Shown here in pieces: positions 62,759-64,000 of a stretch of 64,000 nt of DNA (position 1 is its first letter; every line of letters begins with the position of its first letter). Under the pieces are notes generated by a model that was not told where the DNA came from, did no database searches, and was given only the letters and a program-made list of their open reading frames with translations. This stretch comes from Eledone cirrhosa (lineage: Eukaryota): NCBI GenBank assembly GCA_964016885.1, contig OZ024741.1, positions 5,084,001 through 5,148,000 on the forward strand, in the 5' to 3' direction. Made by a program: the position numbers and the translations under genes.

Positions 62759-64000
62759 TTTCTTTATTAACCACAAGGGTTTACATAAAGTAGACATTAA
62801 GGACAGTGCAGGACAATACAGGACGAGGCAAATGGGCATTTATGCGTGTAAAAAACAAAAACAGAGGATGTAACAAAAAATAACAATGAAAAATTCCCCA
62901 ATAGGGGGGAGACTTCGGAGGGACATTTGTGGAGAAAGCCCAGTAAAAGGCCACAATGACCCTGACCACCAAGGCAAGTGCCCTCTCCCAGTTTTCCACC
63001 TTTAATTTACAGATATATACTCAGAGTAGGCCCATTCACTCGGGCCATTCTTGCTTCTCTCACCCATCTTTCAACAAAATGCTGGGAAGAGAGCACTTCC
63101 CTCTCTACTCTGATTTTCCTTTTCAAATGAAATTTGAAAAAATCAATCAGAGCATCACCGAAGAGGTAAGTGCTCGTCTTCAGCCCTTTCAAACGTGTCC
63201 ACCATACTATCTCTTTCGCCATGGCCACCAGACAGATAAAAACTGCCTGCCCTTCCCGGCTAAAGGAGGAGGGCGGGGCAATCCTCACGATGGACTCAGA
63301 TGATAGCCGGATCCGTCCTAAACGCGACAGCAGGTGTTCGACATAAACCCACAAGTCAGCAATTTTCGGACACTGGACGAATGCGTGCAGGACGGTTTCG
63401 TCGCCCTGCGCGCATCTCGGACAAGCCCGGCTGACGGCACCTCCATGCCTGTAGAGTTTATCCCGAACTGACAAGGCTCCTCGGTAGCACTGCCAGGCCA
63501 GAGATTTCTGGAAGTTGTCCATAGGCCCTGGCCCGAAAGTTCTTCCGAAGAGATTGGCTAGTTGATTTTCGTCGACGCCTAGAGTTTCCCCAAGTACGTC
63601 GTCGCTCTTCCCCTCCACTAATCCTCTATAGAACGCCGAGGTGGAGTTTCCACCGATCACATTGCCCGATTGGTCGAGGGCTGTGAGCGCCTGAAGACAT
63701 TCCAGTCTCCAGGCGCTCCCTCTCGGTCTTCGCTTGACCCAGGACTGCAGCTCCGTCAAGGAAACGAGCTGGGGAAATACGTGTCTAGCAAACGGCGACC
63801 ACACCTGATCACCGTCGAGGAAGAGGTGGAGATGTCGTAGCCTGAGCGCGTGCCTGCGCATCATCAGCCACGGCATGCCCAGCCCTCCACGTAGCGGGTG
63901 TTGACAACAGATGGACCGCCTGACCATCGGAGCGCGTCCCTTCCACAAAAAGCGAAAGAGCAAACGCTCCAGCGCAGTCAGGCGAGGCTTAGGACAAGGT
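62757..64000 (-). mobile_element. Tx1/L1 copy B, 3' part (continues beyond the window)
   Basis: About 99% identical by eye to 55626-56870, with the same 3' terminus ...AATAAAGAAATC|(ATT)n. ORF 63007-63963 encodes the C-terminal domain. Confidence 0.92.

Overview
This is a eukaryotic, repeat-dominated window with no supportable host protein-coding gene. The AT-rich background, (TA)n/(GA)n/(CA)n microsatellites and the SINE/RTE/Penelope repertoire resemble a mollusc, probably an octopus-like cephalopod (inference). Positions 1-34214 are a single ~72-bp satellite array (~475 monomers, open at the left edge). It has nested higher-order repeats of ~11.9-12.2 kb, 2.26 kb and 2.6 kb, and one CCCTAA per typical monomer. 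Positions 34.2-51.2 kb hold decayed mobile elements: tRNA-type SINEs (two with long TSDs), MITEs, Penelope remnants (a GIY-YIG fragment, palindromes and a minimal hammerhead), a CRE-clade fragment, RTE fragments, and a 48-bp minisatellite apparently amplified from the RTE 3' UTR. Positions 51.2-64 kb are a gap-free array of non-LTR retrotransposons: three R4/Dong-like RLE elements (+) and two Tx1/L1-like APE elements (-). Most junctions fall in (AAT)n tracts, including two identical tail-to-tail Dong/Tx1 junctions, plus one direct head-to-head fusion. This array is the best candidate for an undescribed system: two unrelated retroelements sharing, and possibly supplying, each other's microsatellite target. 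Coordinates of decayed elements are approximate and all comparisons were made by eye.
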